DNA of 64,000 nucleotides. Origin: Candidatus Heimdallarchaeota archaeon (GTDB lineage Archaea > Asgardarchaeota > Heimdallarchaeia > Hodarchaeales > Hodarchaeaceae). Position numbers and translations under genes: made by a program. Positions 39,122 through 49,350 of this stretch are shown piece by piece (within the stretch, counting starts at the first letter, position 1; every line of letters begins with the position of its first letter). The stretch covers positions 128,001 to 192,000 of the forward strand of contig RDOB01000003.1 of assembly GCA_011364965.1 (NCBI GenBank), in the 5' to 3' direction. The notes beneath the pieces were generated by a model. That model saw nothing but the letters and a program-made list of their open reading frames with translations. It searched no databases and was not told the origin of the DNA.

Positions 39122-39919
39122 TTAATCTACTCCAATCTCAAGAGTACCAATTGATTGAATTGTGGCTGTAATTTTGTCTTCTCGTGCAAGAGGCCCGACA
39201 CCGCTCGGAGTGCCTGTAGCAATGATATCTCCAGGCTCCAAAGTAGTGATTGTGCTACAATAGCTGATAATGTCAGGGATAGAAAAAATCATTTGACTTG
39301 TATTACCTTTTTGACGGATTTTACCATTGACCTTCAATTCTAAATCCAAATTTTGTGGATTTAAAATTTCATTTTTAAGCACAATAAATGGACCAAGAGG
39401 ACAAAATGTATCAAATCCTTTAGATACAAACCATGGACGTCCTTCTTTCTTAGCAATTGCCTGAAAATCACGTGCTGTAATATCCAGAAGAATAGAATAT
39501 CCAAAGATATAATCTATACTCCTCAATGGCTCTATATTTTTTCCTTTTTTGCCTATTACTACCGCTAATTCTATTTCATGATGGATTTCCTCAACCTCAG
39601 GAGGAAAATATATGTTTCTATTCGGACCCAATAAAGAAGACGGAGGTTTTAAAAACAAAGACGGAATTGGAGGAAGATTTCTTGGTTCAACTCCCATTTC
39701 CACCGCATGGTCTGGATAATTCTTGGCTAAGCAAATAATTTTTGAAGGGTTGTTAATTGGCAAATCTAAGGGAGGAATATTATCTAAAAGTTCATATTCT
39801 GAAGTTTCAATTAAGGAAAAATCGAGAATTATCTCTTTAAGACTACCTAGACTAATATATTTCTTTATAAGAGAGGCTTCTGAAGTGATTACACTATTTT
39901 TAGAAATTCCGATTTTCAT
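39122..39919 (-). CDS. Fumarylacetoacetate hydrolase family protein
   Basis: KNYPDHA.E, HEIELAVVIG, DITARD, KGFDTFCPLGP, TGTPSGVG. Confidence 0.95.
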   Translation of the reverse strand: MKIGISKNSVITSEASLIKKYISLGSLKEIILDFSLIETSEYELLDNIPPLDLPINNPSKIICLAKNYPDHAVEMGVEPRNLPPIPSLFLKPPSSLLGPNRNIYFPPEVEEIHHEIELAVVIGKKGKNIEPLRSIDYIFGYSILLDITARDFQAIAKKEGRPWFVSKGFDTFCPLGPFIVLKNEILNPQNLDLELKVNGKIRQKGNTSQMIFSIPDIISYCSTITTLEPGDIIATGTPSGVGPLAREDKITATIQSIGTLEIGVD

Positions 39920-40152
39920 AAAGGCTCCTCATGTTTATAATTTGGATGGATACGCTCTATAATCTGAATAATAGAATAATATTTATTTATTCTTAATGAT
40001 TTGACGTTAAATCAACTTTGGAACGAGTTCAAAAACTTTCTTTTTAATTCCTCATTCGCCTTCTAGAGATTCGAGATCGGTATAAGCTAAAAAACTTACA
40101 TACAATTGAAGCTTAATAATCAACAAGAGGAAATTATTGATTATTATGAGGT

Positions 40153-41091
40153 ATGAATGTGAAATATCTAGTAACTGGTGGCGCAGGATTCGTCGGGAGC
40201 CATCTAATTGAATCATTACTTGCTGAAAATCATGAAGTGGTATGTTTAGACAATTTCAGCACAGGAAAAGAAACCAATATTGAGGGATTCAAAGAGAATA
40301 TAACAATAATAAATGGAGATATAAGAGATCCAAATAAGGTTCGTGTAGCCCTGAAAGATGTTGAAGCTGTTTATCATCTCGCTGCTCAAATTTCTGTTGC
40401 TAGATCTGTGAGAGAACCAATATTTGATGCTTCAGTTAACATTGAAGGGATAATAAATCTTCTTGAATCGATATTAACATCAGATATTAATCGTTTAATT
40501 TTTGTAAGTACTGGGGGTGCAATTTATGGTGAACCTTTACAAATCCCAGCAACAGAAATAACTGAAGAAAAACCTATTTCACCTTATGGAATAAGTAAAC
40601 TTACTAGTGAAATCTATTTACAATGGTACCATAAAATACATGGGATTTCCTATTCAATTATCAGACCAGCAAACATTTACGGTCCTAGACAAGATCCTCT
40701 TGGAGAGGCAGGAGTCATATCCATATTTCTGGGAAATATTTATTCAAATCAGCCTGTTACAATTTATGGTGACGGAACAGATACTCGTGATTATATTTTT
40801 GTCAAAGATATTGCTAATATTTGTATGAAAGCAATGGAATCTTCATATTGTAACACCTATAACGCAGGAACGGGAATAGAAACTAATTTATTAGATCTTG
40901 TTAAAGTCATTGAAGAAGCTACAGGTCAAAAAGCTGAAAAAGAATTTAAACCTCCCCGACCAGGTGATGTGAAACATATAGCGCTTGATTCTTCAAAAGC
41001 ATTAGATGATTTCAAGTGGAAACCTCAAAATGATCTTCTCAGTGGAGTACGAACCACTTGGAAATGGTTCCTTTCAACGCAGAAGTCCTAA
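40153..41091 (+). CDS. galE: NAD-dependent epimerase (UDP-glucose 4-epimerase-like)
   Basis: VTGGAGFVG, HLAAQ, YGISK, NIYGPRQ. Confidence 0.85.
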   Translation: MNVKYLVTGGAGFVGSHLIESLLAENHEVVCLDNFSTGKETNIEGFKENITIINGDIRDPNKVRVALKDVEAVYHLAAQISVARSVREPIFDASVNIEGIINLLESILTSDINRLIFVSTGGAIYGEPLQIPATEITEEKPISPYGISKLTSEIYLQWYHKIHGISYSIIRPANIYGPRQDPLGEAGVISIFLGNIYSNQPVTIYGDGTDTRDYIFVKDIANICMKAMESSYCNTYNAGTGIETNLLDLVKVIEEATGQKAEKEFKPPRPGDVKHIALDSSKALDDFKWKPQNDLLSGVRTTWKWFLSTQKS

Positions 41092-42098
41092 ATCCCAGCA
41101 ATTATCTTAACTTTTTCCTCTTGCTCTTTTATCCATTTCTCATCTACATTTGGAGACCCAAACCATTTCCAAAATGATCCCACAACTGGAGGATCAAGTT
41201 TGACATCCAATCTAGGATTTTGAGCTACTAAGAAAAATGCTTGCCATAATTCTCCAACAGCAGTTTGGTATAGACGCTTAATTATTTTATCATCTGCTTG
41301 AGCCTTTAATGCTTTGGAATATTGATTTAATCTTTTCTCTGATTCATTTATAGATACAAATGCCGTTAAAATCCACATTTCCCTCTCTGTTTTCACATTT
41401 TTTCTATAAAGATGTTCTGCTAATAATTCTAACTCTTTTCTTGCATTGATTAGCTTTTCGTAATTAAAAGAAGGAATTTGTATTAAATTGGCAAAAAATT
41501 GAAAGAGTTTTATATCTAATTGGTTTAATGAGTCCAATAGGAGAGAAGCAGGACCAATATCAAAATCATTTTTTTCCATTAAAGGAATACATATAGCCTC
41601 TTCGGCTGCTTTTATCAACCAGATGTAGGCGTCTGCTAACATATCCTCTTGAATTCGATTATTCATTCTACTAAGTAAAACCTGTGTTGTTTGACGTTTC
41701 AACTCAATCACTTCAGATTGCCACTTGATCTGAGGAGCTAGTTGAACCCATTCTTTTAAACGACCTCGAGGGTCGTAGATAATGTCAGAATTGCGTAAAA
41801 GTCTTATCACTGTCGCAATTTGCCAATAAGGTACGCTTTTCCTTCCCTCAAGAACATCTGTAAAAAATGATGGAGGAGCAAATGTTAATTTTATTTCATA
41901 TTCATCACTTTCTGATAGATCAGTTACCCTAGTTTCTTTTAAATCCCTTACACCCTCTCTCACTGCCCAAAGGTTGACTGTTGATTCTAGTTCTTGAAAC
42001 TCATCATGAATAAGCAGTCGCCCGATTTCTTGGTGTTGTGCCTCAATTCTCCCCAATAGAGTTGTTATGATGCGATCTAGAGCGATATTATCGATCAA
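41088..42098 (-). CDS. Hypothetical protein, degenerate nucleotidyltransferase-like N-terminus with helical C-terminus
   Basis: IIYDPRG.L motif; canonical GS and DxD residues not visible. Confidence 0.45.
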   Translation of the reverse strand: MIDNIALDRIITTLLGRIEAQHQEIGRLLIHDEFQELESTVNLWAVREGVRDLKETRVTDLSESDEYEIKLTFAPPSFFTDVLEGRKSVPYWQIATVIRLLRNSDIIYDPRGRLKEWVQLAPQIKWQSEVIELKRQTTQVLLSRMNNRIQEDMLADAYIWLIKAAEEAICIPLMEKNDFDIGPASLLLDSLNQLDIKLFQFFANLIQIPSFNYEKLINARKELELLAEHLYRKNVKTEREMWILTAFVSINESEKRLNQYSKALKAQADDKIIKRLYQTAVGELWQAFFLVAQNPRLDVKLDPPVVGSFWKWFGSPNVDEKWIKEQEEKVKIIAGI

Positions 42099-42265
42099 AA
42101 AGATACCTCCTTTTTATTTTATTTCTATTGAACTTCTGATGATATCATTAAAATTATCTTTGTTTTTATAAAATATGAGCTTATAGAGAATTCGGAAAAA
42201 AGGGGGATAATGATTTTTAATAAATTATTATAGCTGTATTCTTGAAGAAAAAGTAGGACTCTACA

Positions 42266-44668
42266 ATGATAAAATATCATTTAAATGTCTCTAAAATTGG
42301 AATAATTTTCCTAGTAATCTTAATTATTCCTAACATTACAGTTAACAGCAATCAAACTCCAACTAAACAATTATCAAATCAATTGAATTCAACACAAGAA
42401 ACCACGAATATTAATGTTCTCGTTGTACTTATGGAAATTCCAAATGACCCCCATCATCCAAGTCATACGACTGATTATTATGAAACCCTATTTTTCTCAA
42501 TGAGTGGTAGTTTGAGCGTTGCGGAATATTTTATGAATACATCTTATGGTGTTGTCCAATTATATGGTATTGTTCTTGGCTGGTATGAAGCAGAGAATGA
42601 ACTCGAGTTTTATGGTGCAGGAAATCGGATTCCTCCAGGTGCTGACACTCAAACCCAGCTTTTAGCAGATGAGGCGAGATTAAATGCCCAGAATTCGAGT
42701 TTCGATCCAGTAAATTTCGATTTATTCATTGTTATTCATTCAGGGGATGGTCAAGAATATTCTGGAAATTCAGATGATATCTGGTCCCACGCTTCGAGCT
42801 TTTGGTACCAAGATAATGAAGGGTGGAAATTATTAGAATACACTATGAATCATGAATTTGTGGATTATGAAACTCCATCTCATGAATTAGGTCACGCGTT
42901 AAAATTCCCAGATCTTTATGACTTATATTACGAACACGATTTTGCTGGGCCTTATGCTATGATGGATGGAGGCCCTGGACATTTTTCTATTTGGAATAAA
43001 TATTATAGTCATGTCTCAAGGGGAGATTCCCCTCAGCTCCTCGCGCAGGAACATAGATATCAGATTCAAAATTATAGTGATGATACTTTCATAACTATTA
43101 ATCCGATAGCATTGGAGCAACCGAGTGGAATCATGTGGTTAGAAATTGGATGGGACTCAACTGGCTTCACAGATCCAAATTATGGAAGAGGATGGACAAT
43201 AAGTGTACGAGAGGATCTTGATTATGATAGGTTTCTCCCTAAACACGGTGTTGTACTAGCTCGTATCCAAGTTGGGCCGAGAAGTACGTATCAAACACAA
43301 GTAACTGCTGATGTGTATCCTCCATGGGATGTCATCGATTCACATCCTGAAACGAGTGAAAATAAAGATGACGCAGCATTTTCTCTGACAGATGGAGACA
43401 TAGTTTCTTATAAGTCTGGAAACGGATGGGCGATGCAAATTATTGAAAAGTACTCTAATTCATCCTATTTAATTCAGATTACAAATGAAACTAATATCCC
43501 TACTGTAAGAATAATCGATAATAATCAAACAATATCTGGAATATTTCCCCTAAAAGCAATCGTAAATAGCTTTATTAATAAGTCAATCGATTTTGCAGAG
43601 ATTTCTATCGATAATGGAGGTTGGAAGCCAATGGAAAAAATCCATGATGAAGAAGGTAACTTTACGTTTAATTGGGACACAACTAATGAACGAGAAGGAA
43701 GTCACTTAATTCGTGTTAGAGCAGGTGACTCTTCTACTATTCCTTATATTGGACATTCTGAATTTATAGTAATTGAAGTTAATAATTCAAAAGGTACAAT
43801 CCTTATTATTGATGATGATCTAGGAAGATCTGCTGAAGAACCAGTCTTAAATGCATTAGATCAGTTGGGGTATAATGGGGATTATGAAATAATTGAAACC
43901 ACATCTTTCTCTGAAGCAGAAGTATCTGCAGAGGAACTGTCAAAATATGACATTATTTTTTGGATTGGTAATCCTTCCATATCACCTCTGAGCAATTCTC
44001 ATATAAATACAGCAGAATTCAACGAAATAAGAAAATATACTCTTCAGGCAACGTTGGAAAATCCTGCTCAGATCATATTCATGTCCAGTTACAATATTTT
44101 TGACTTAAGTAATCAAAATGAAGTTAATAGTCAACAAGTTTCAGAGATTTTCAAAGCTACAAGTCCCCAAAACTTCCGAGCGCCTGTTACTTTGCTGCAA
44201 GGATCTCATTTTTTAGAGAACTTACCAAAGTTTACCTTAGGAGACACTTCCACTTTACGTTCCAATCGTAGTTGTGATGGAGAGGTTGTAGACTTACTTT
44301 CTGGTGCAATACCTATATTGAAGGATATTGATCCAGAATATAATGGATACGATACTAAAGGTTATATCGTTCAACAAGGATTTGTAAAGCTTGTAAATTA
44401 CCTTTTCCAACCTGAGATGGTACCAAATGAAATTTTCGCGGATCTGATTGACAAAACATTAGATTTTCTAATCTCAGGGGAAAATATTGTCACTCAAACA
44501 ACAACTACTAGAACTACAACTTCTATACTAGATTTAGGGGATCTTCTGTTGCCTGCAGGAATTGTTATTGCTATAGTTGGAGGAATTGGAACTGTGGTTT
44601 ACATGAGAAGAGGAATCAGGAAAGAATCTAAGGTATCATCCTACTGGTTGAAATCTGAAAAAAACTAG
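42266..44668 (+). CDS. Membrane-anchored M6-family (immune inhibitor A-like) metalloprotease
   Basis: Signal peptide, HSGDGQE, IWSH, HELGHALKFPDLYD, Ig-like domain, Thr-rich linker, C-terminal TM. Confidence 0.88.
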   Translation: MIKYHLNVSKIGIIFLVILIIPNITVNSNQTPTKQLSNQLNSTQETTNINVLVVLMEIPNDPHHPSHTTDYYETLFFSMSGSLSVAEYFMNTSYGVVQLYGIVLGWYEAENELEFYGAGNRIPPGADTQTQLLADEARLNAQNSSFDPVNFDLFIVIHSGDGQEYSGNSDDIWSHASSFWYQDNEGWKLLEYTMNHEFVDYETPSHELGHALKFPDLYDLYYEHDFAGPYAMMDGGPGHFSIWNKYYSHVSRGDSPQLLAQEHRYQIQNYSDDTFITINPIALEQPSGIMWLEIGWDSTGFTDPNYGRGWTISVREDLDYDRFLPKHGVVLARIQVGPRSTYQTQVTADVYPPWDVIDSHPETSENKDDAAFSLTDGDIVSYKSGNGWAMQIIEKYSNSSYLIQITNETNIPTVRIIDNNQTISGIFPLKAIVNSFINKSIDFAEISIDNGGWKPMEKIHDEEGNFTFNWDTTNEREGSHLIRVRAGDSSTIPYIGHSEFIVIEVNNSKGTILIIDDDLGRSAEEPVLNALDQLGYNGDYEIIETTSFSEAEVSAEELSKYDIIFWIGNPSISPLSNSHINTAEFNEIRKYTLQATLENPAQIIFMSSYNIFDLSNQNEVNSQQVSEIFKATSPQNFRAPVTLLQGSHFLENLPKFTLGDTSTLRSNRSCDGEVVDLLSGAIPILKDIDPEYNGYDTKGYIVQQGFVKLVNYLFQPEMVPNEIFADLIDKTLDFLISGENIVTQTTTTRTTTSILDLGDLLLPAGIVIAIVGGIGTVVYMRRGIRKESKVSSYWLKSEKN

Positions 44669-44685
44669 CTGATTAATTCATTATA

Positions 44686-45585
44686 CTATGTTTCTGAGGT
44701 ATCAGATTTTACATTAAGGTAAATCCCTAATAGAATTAAAGATCCACCAACAATAGTAGAAGGAGGTAATGGTTCTACTAGGATTATAACACTTAGTAAA
44801 CTTGCCCCAACAGACTCTCCTATAACTGATAATGAAACTGTTTGCGCAGATATTTTTTTCATTGCAAAAATGAGCATTGCGTGTCCAAGTAGGCTAGGGC
44901 CGATTGCCAATAGAAAAAACCAAATAAAATCTTCTAGAGGAAAATTAAAAAGATTTTCACTCAGTATTAAGGAATAAAACAATAAAAATATAGAACAAAA
45001 TAAATTCACCATGAAAACATAAGGAATGTTAGGTACACTCCTAGAAGTTCGCATTAATCGACCAATAACAAAATAAAAAGCTATCATAAGAGCACCAATT
45101 AATGCAAGGATAACACCTTCGGGGAATAAAGTGGTCGAATCTTGACTAGAAACCGAACTGATGAAAAATACTCCAACAAACGCAAGAAATAGTCCAATTA
45201 GTTGATAAATTGTAATTTTCTCCTTATATAAGAAAAATTGTATTAACATTACCCATAATGGAGAGGAATTAACGACTATCACAGAAATAGCGACAGTTGT
45301 ATATTGTAAACTCTGAATCCAAGATAAAAAATGAAGAGAAAGGAAAAATCCAGAAATAATAAAATATTTTAGGTAATCCCAACTGAGATATTCTATGATT
45401 TGACTTCGTGCTTTAGAGTAAAGAATTATTGGAATCAATAATATAATAGAAAGAGTTAAACGCCAAAAAGCTATCACAACTGCAGGAGAAGTGCAAAAAC
45501 GAATTAAAATAGCCGCCCAAGAAACCGCAAAAATAGCAAGAAACAAGCTTAGGTGATAGGTTTTCTTAGAATCAGCCATAGGCAT
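44686..45585 (-). CDS. EamA/DMT transporter
   Basis: AVSWAAILIR, IAFWR, LHFLSW..SLQYT. Confidence 0.9.
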   Translation of the reverse strand: MPMADSKKTYHLSLFLAIFAVSWAAILIRFCTSPAVVIAFWRLTLSIILLIPIILYSKARSQIIEYLSWDYLKYFIISGFFLSLHFLSWIQSLQYTTVAISVIVVNSSPLWVMLIQFFLYKEKITIYQLIGLFLAFVGVFFISSVSSQDSTTLFPEGVILALIGALMIAFYFVIGRLMRTSRSVPNIPYVFMVNLFCSIFLLFYSLILSENLFNFPLEDFIWFFLLAIGPSLLGHAMLIFAMKKISAQTVSLSVIGESVGASLLSVIILVEPLPPSTIVGGSLILLGIYLNVKSDTSET

Positions 45586-45735
45586 AGCAAATCACAAATA
45601 GTGTTTTTAAGTCCACGATTTTAACAATAACAGCATTGAAGAATTTTTAAATATTGTTAGGACAACCAAAAAAAATCCCTCTTAAATGGTTTTATCATTA
45701 TTTCTCCATTAAATTCATTAGGATTACGTGACTAT

Positions 45736-46617
45736 ATGTTAAAAATCAATGATTCAAGGAAATTTGCCCCAAGAATAGGTGCGCACAAATCTATCGCGAT
45801 ATCATTAGATTTAGCAGTAGATCGTGCATTAGAAAGCACCTGTGAATGTTTGCAAATTTTCACACGACCTCCACGTCGATGGGAGGCTGGAGAAAGTAGT
45901 TTAACTTCGGAAATAAGAAATAATTTCCTAAAAAAGTGTGAAAAAGCAAATTTCTATGATACAGCTATTCATATGCCTTATCTCCCAAATTTAGCTTCCC
46001 CTGATGACACTTTATATCAAAAATCTATACAAGTACTCTCAGAAGAAATAGAAAAATCATTCTTACTTAAAGCTCCATTCGTTATAACACATTTAGGAAG
46101 TCCTAAAGAGAGAAACGAAGACTTTGCTTCAGAAAGAGTTGCAAAAGCATTAGATATCGCCTTATCCGATCTTAAATCCCCAACAATGGTATTATTGGAG
46201 AATTCCACCGCGCGAAGAAAAAATTGGGGGACTAAATTTAGTCATATTGAAAAAATATTATCCAAAGTAACTAATTCAGCCCATATTGGCGTTTGCTTCG
46301 ATACAGCTCATGCATTTTCTGCTGGATATGATATTCGAACCACAGAGGGTTTACACGCGGTAATTGACACAATAAATGACAGCTTAGGTAAAGAGAAATT
46401 AAAATTAATCCATTTAAACGATTCAAAAGGAAAATTTGGATCTGGAGTTGACCATCACGAACATATTGGACAAGGCAATATTGGAATCGATTGTTTCAGG
46501 GAATTAATGCAGAATCCACGCTTCAAAAGGATTCCAATGATTATTGAAACGCCTAAAGAAGATGATCAGAGTGATATTAATAATATACAATTACTAAAAA
46601 CATTGCGATCAAGTTGA
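45736..46617 (+). CDS. nfo: Endonuclease IV
   Basis: IGAHKS, QIF, H.PYL.NLAS, HLGS, LLEN, CFDTAH, HLNDS, DHHEHIGQG, ETP. Confidence 0.95.
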   Translation: MLKINDSRKFAPRIGAHKSIAISLDLAVDRALESTCECLQIFTRPPRRWEAGESSLTSEIRNNFLKKCEKANFYDTAIHMPYLPNLASPDDTLYQKSIQVLSEEIEKSFLLKAPFVITHLGSPKERNEDFASERVAKALDIALSDLKSPTMVLLENSTARRKNWGTKFSHIEKILSKVTNSAHIGVCFDTAHAFSAGYDIRTTEGLHAVIDTINDSLGKEKLKLIHLNDSKGKFGSGVDHHEHIGQGNIGIDCFRELMQNPRFKRIPMIIETPKEDDQSDINNIQLLKTLRSS

Positions 46618-46662
46618 TTTATGATCTCATCCAAAGTTAAATGCTTAGTGAGAGGTAAATAA

Positions 46663-47220
46663 ATGAAAATATCGATTAAGAATTTGCAAAATAGTTATAG
46701 ATTTATGTACCCGAGACCTACAGTAATAGTAACATCTGGTACAATCAAAAAACCAAGTGGGCTAACAATTGCTTGGAGTATGCCTCTTTCAGTCGATCCT
46801 CCTCTTGTAGGAGTCTCAATCACGCGTAAACGTTATTCATACTCAGTTATAGAACAATATAAAGAGTATGTAATAAATATCCCAAATAGTTCTCAAGTAA
46901 AAGAAGCGCATTATATTGGAACGGTAAGTACAAGAGACACGCCACAAAAAATCAAAGATATTGGATTCACGCTCGAAAAATCTAAAATGGTAGAAGCCCC
47001 CCGAATAAAAGAATGTCAAATTAATCTTGAATGTAAATTAATTGAAATTAAAGCAACAGGTGATCATGATTTATTTATTGGCGAAGTAATTGATATAGCA
47101 ATTGACCCTACAATCACTGACAATTGGGCTTTTAATTTGGCAAAATTCCAACCAATTTATTGGAGACAATCAAAAAGCTCCAAAGAAACATTTAAGTTAG
47201 ATTTATCGCGTGAAGACTGA
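46663..47220 (+). CDS. Flavin reductase-like protein
   Basis: PRPTVIVTS, S.DPP, LEC, GDHDLFIGEV. Confidence 0.9.
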   Translation: MKISIKNLQNSYRFMYPRPTVIVTSGTIKKPSGLTIAWSMPLSVDPPLVGVSITRKRYSYSVIEQYKEYVINIPNSSQVKEAHYIGTVSTRDTPQKIKDIGFTLEKSKMVEAPRIKECQINLECKLIEIKATGDHDLFIGEVIDIAIDPTITDNWAFNLAKFQPIYWRQSKSSKETFKLDLSRED

Positions 47221-47232
47221 GGAAAAAAATCA

Positions 47233-48303
47233 ATGAATGAATTGAGTATCTCAAACCAGCAGGTTTATTTTAAATCAGCTGAAAATATGGAAGAAATCCC
47301 CTCTGAATCGGTAACATTGGTATGTACATCTCCTCCCTACTGGAACGTAAGAGATTACGGAGGAAAACAGATTGGTTACGGCCAAAGTTATCAAGAGTAT
47401 ATAAATTCATTAAATAAAGTTTGGTTTGAATGTATTCGGATTTTACAGCCTAATGGTAAATTCGCAATTAATGTACAGCCATTACCACTGGAAAGTAGGA
47501 GATCAGGATACGGACGAAGAGTTATCCAAAATATCATTTGGGATATCGAAAAATTCATGCGAAAAAATCACTTCTACTTGTCTGGGATGCATTATTGGGA
47601 TAAATCTGAATTCATTTCCAATGTTTCCTGGGGAAGTTATCCCAAAAGTACAAACATAGCGTCTAATACGAGCTTTGAACAAATCTTTGTGTGGGTGAAA
47701 CCAGGTAAGACTCGCAATGTCCCTAAAGAAGATCTTGCGCAAAGCATTCTTCTAAAGGAGGAATGGAGACATTGGGCTGTAAGGTGTATTTGGGATGATA
47801 TTTCTCCTGTCATCAAAATAAACTCAAGAGGAGAAAATAGGTTTGGTCATTCAGCTCCGTTTCCAGAGGATATACCTTATAGATTAATTAGAATGCACAC
47901 AGCATTTAATGAGGTAGTAGTGGATCCATTTCTCGGTTCTGGAACAACATTAAAAGTCTGTCGACTAACAGGACGTAAAGGTATTGGTTATGAGATAAAT
48001 GAAGAATATCGAGAATTAATAGAATCGAGAATAAAAGAAGATTGGGGTATTCCTAAAATACAGCCACAGTATAAAGTATGGGGATCCGAGGACTTCTATA
48101 AAGTTATTGTTGGAACAATGGAGACTGTAAAAATCAATCCCGACATTCATTTTGATGTACTAGTTTCAAAGCTCAAGCAACTCCTACCAGAGAAAATGAC
48201 AATTTCATGGACCGAGCATCTGAAGAAGAAATTCCAAACTGAACACAAAGCAAAAAAGATGGAAAAAAATAAGTCCCTTGACAAATTTTTGAAAATAGAT
48301 TAA
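47233..48303 (+). CDS. Orphan beta-class N4/N6 DNA methyltransferase
   Basis: TSPPY (motif IV) precedes HSAPFP and DPFLGSGTT (motif I); no adjacent REase. Confidence 0.9.
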   Translation: MNELSISNQQVYFKSAENMEEIPSESVTLVCTSPPYWNVRDYGGKQIGYGQSYQEYINSLNKVWFECIRILQPNGKFAINVQPLPLESRRSGYGRRVIQNIIWDIEKFMRKNHFYLSGMHYWDKSEFISNVSWGSYPKSTNIASNTSFEQIFVWVKPGKTRNVPKEDLAQSILLKEEWRHWAVRCIWDDISPVIKINSRGENRFGHSAPFPEDIPYRLIRMHTAFNEVVVDPFLGSGTTLKVCRLTGRKGIGYEINEEYRELIESRIKEDWGIPKIQPQYKVWGSEDFYKVIVGTMETVKINPDIHFDVLVSKLKQLLPEKMTISWTEHLKKKFQTEHKAKKMEKNKSLDKFLKID

Positions 48304-48601
48304 AACACACACAACTATATAAAAGTTCAATAACTTTCTTGCCATTCTACAGCTAGAGAAAATAAGAATCCAGAAATTATATGGATCTGTTTTCAATCAA
48401 ATCAAATCCCCTCATTGCTATTATTTTTTTCTTAATAAACGTATTTTTTTTATATTTTAAAAAATAAAATTTATTCTAGAATACAAGGAGTCAAGTGTTT
48501 ATACTATAGAGAAATGACCCTTTTGCACATACAATGAAGTATCTGATATGGGTTCTAGACACTCAACATTTGACTCTTTGATCGAGAAATACCGAACCAA
48601 A

Positions 48602-48617
48602 CGAAAATGTTTATAAA
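48602..48617 (+). promoter_or_regulatory. Archaeal promoter (BRE + TATA) of the histone gene
   Basis: CGAAAA-TG-TTTATAAA, about 65 nt upstream of ATG 48679. Confidence 0.6.
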
Positions 48618-48678
48618 GAATGACAAAATAGAGAAAATTGCTGGTAAACTACCAGCGGAGAAAAAGGTGAATAATAAA

Positions 48679-48882
48679 ATGGCAGGATTTGCATCCGCAC
48701 GCGTTGAGAAGTTAATTCGCAACGCTGGTGCCCACCGTGTGTCAGCTGACGCTATTGATCGACTGAATGAAGTACTCACCGAGTATGGTACAAGCATTGC
48801 TAAGTACGCAGTCGAAATTGCGCGCCACTCTGGTCGAAAGACCATTAAAGAGTCTGACATTAAATTGGCGGCAACTAAATAA
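48679..48882 (+). CDS. Archaeal histone (HMf-like, 67 aa)
   Basis: ARVEKLIRNAGAHRVSADA...ARHSGRKTIKESDI; AGGTGA SD at 48665. Confidence 0.95.
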   Translation: MAGFASARVEKLIRNAGAHRVSADAIDRLNEVLTEYGTSIAKYAVEIARHSGRKTIKESDIKLAATK

Positions 48883-48889
48883 ATAATCT

Positions 48890-48936
48890 GTACCTAGAAT
48901 CAATCTGGTACGATCCTCTCCCTCCTTTTTTTTATT
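48890..48936 (+). terminator. Hairpin followed by a pyrimidine/T tract after the histone gene
   Basis: GTACC-T-AGA-ATCAA-TCT-GGTAC, then CCTCCTTTTTTTT. Confidence 0.55.
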
Positions 48937-48945
48937 CTACATTGC

Positions 48946-49350
48946 TTAAACATTTGGTTGAGCACGTTCAGTTCGTAATTTCTCGGTTTGAAGCTGCTGA
49001 ATTCGGTCTATTTCTGCTAAAAGTGTCCTAATACTTGTGGGTTTAGTAAAAAAACCGATTGCTCCCGATTCCAGAGCTTCTTTCTCTACCCGTTTTTCAG
49101 CACTTACAAATAATACTTTTGCGTTTGGGTCTTTCTTAAGAATTTCTCTCATAGCAACTAGACCGTCAAGAACAGGCATCCTATAGTCCAAAATGATTAT
49201 ATCAGGTTTAATTGGCAATTGTCCAAATTTCTCGATAGCTTCCTTCCCATTGGATGCACTATCTACTACTTCATGACCCTCCATCATAAGCAATTTAGTA
49301 TATATGAGTAGTAGGTCTCTCTCGTCATCTACTAGGAGGATGCGGGCTAT
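48946..49350 (-). CDS. Stand-alone response regulator receiver; probable ATA start at 49350
   Basis: RILLVDDE lies upstream of the track start; IILDYRMP, VSA, TKP. Confidence 0.88.
   Translation of the reverse strand: MARILLVDDERDLLLIYTKLLMMEGHEVVDSASNGKEAIEKFGQLPIKPDIIILDYRMPVLDGLVAMREILKKDPNAKVLFVSAEKRVEKEALESGAIGFFTKPTSIRTLLAEIDRIQQLQTEKLRTERAQPNV

Noticed and set aside
48607-48678. Lys-rich 24-aa N-terminal 'tail' on the histone suggested by the ORF track
   Set aside because: The upstream ATG overlaps the BRE/TATA promoter and so would not be transcribed; a strong AGGTGA SD supports ATG 48679; the lysines reflect A-rich leader DNA
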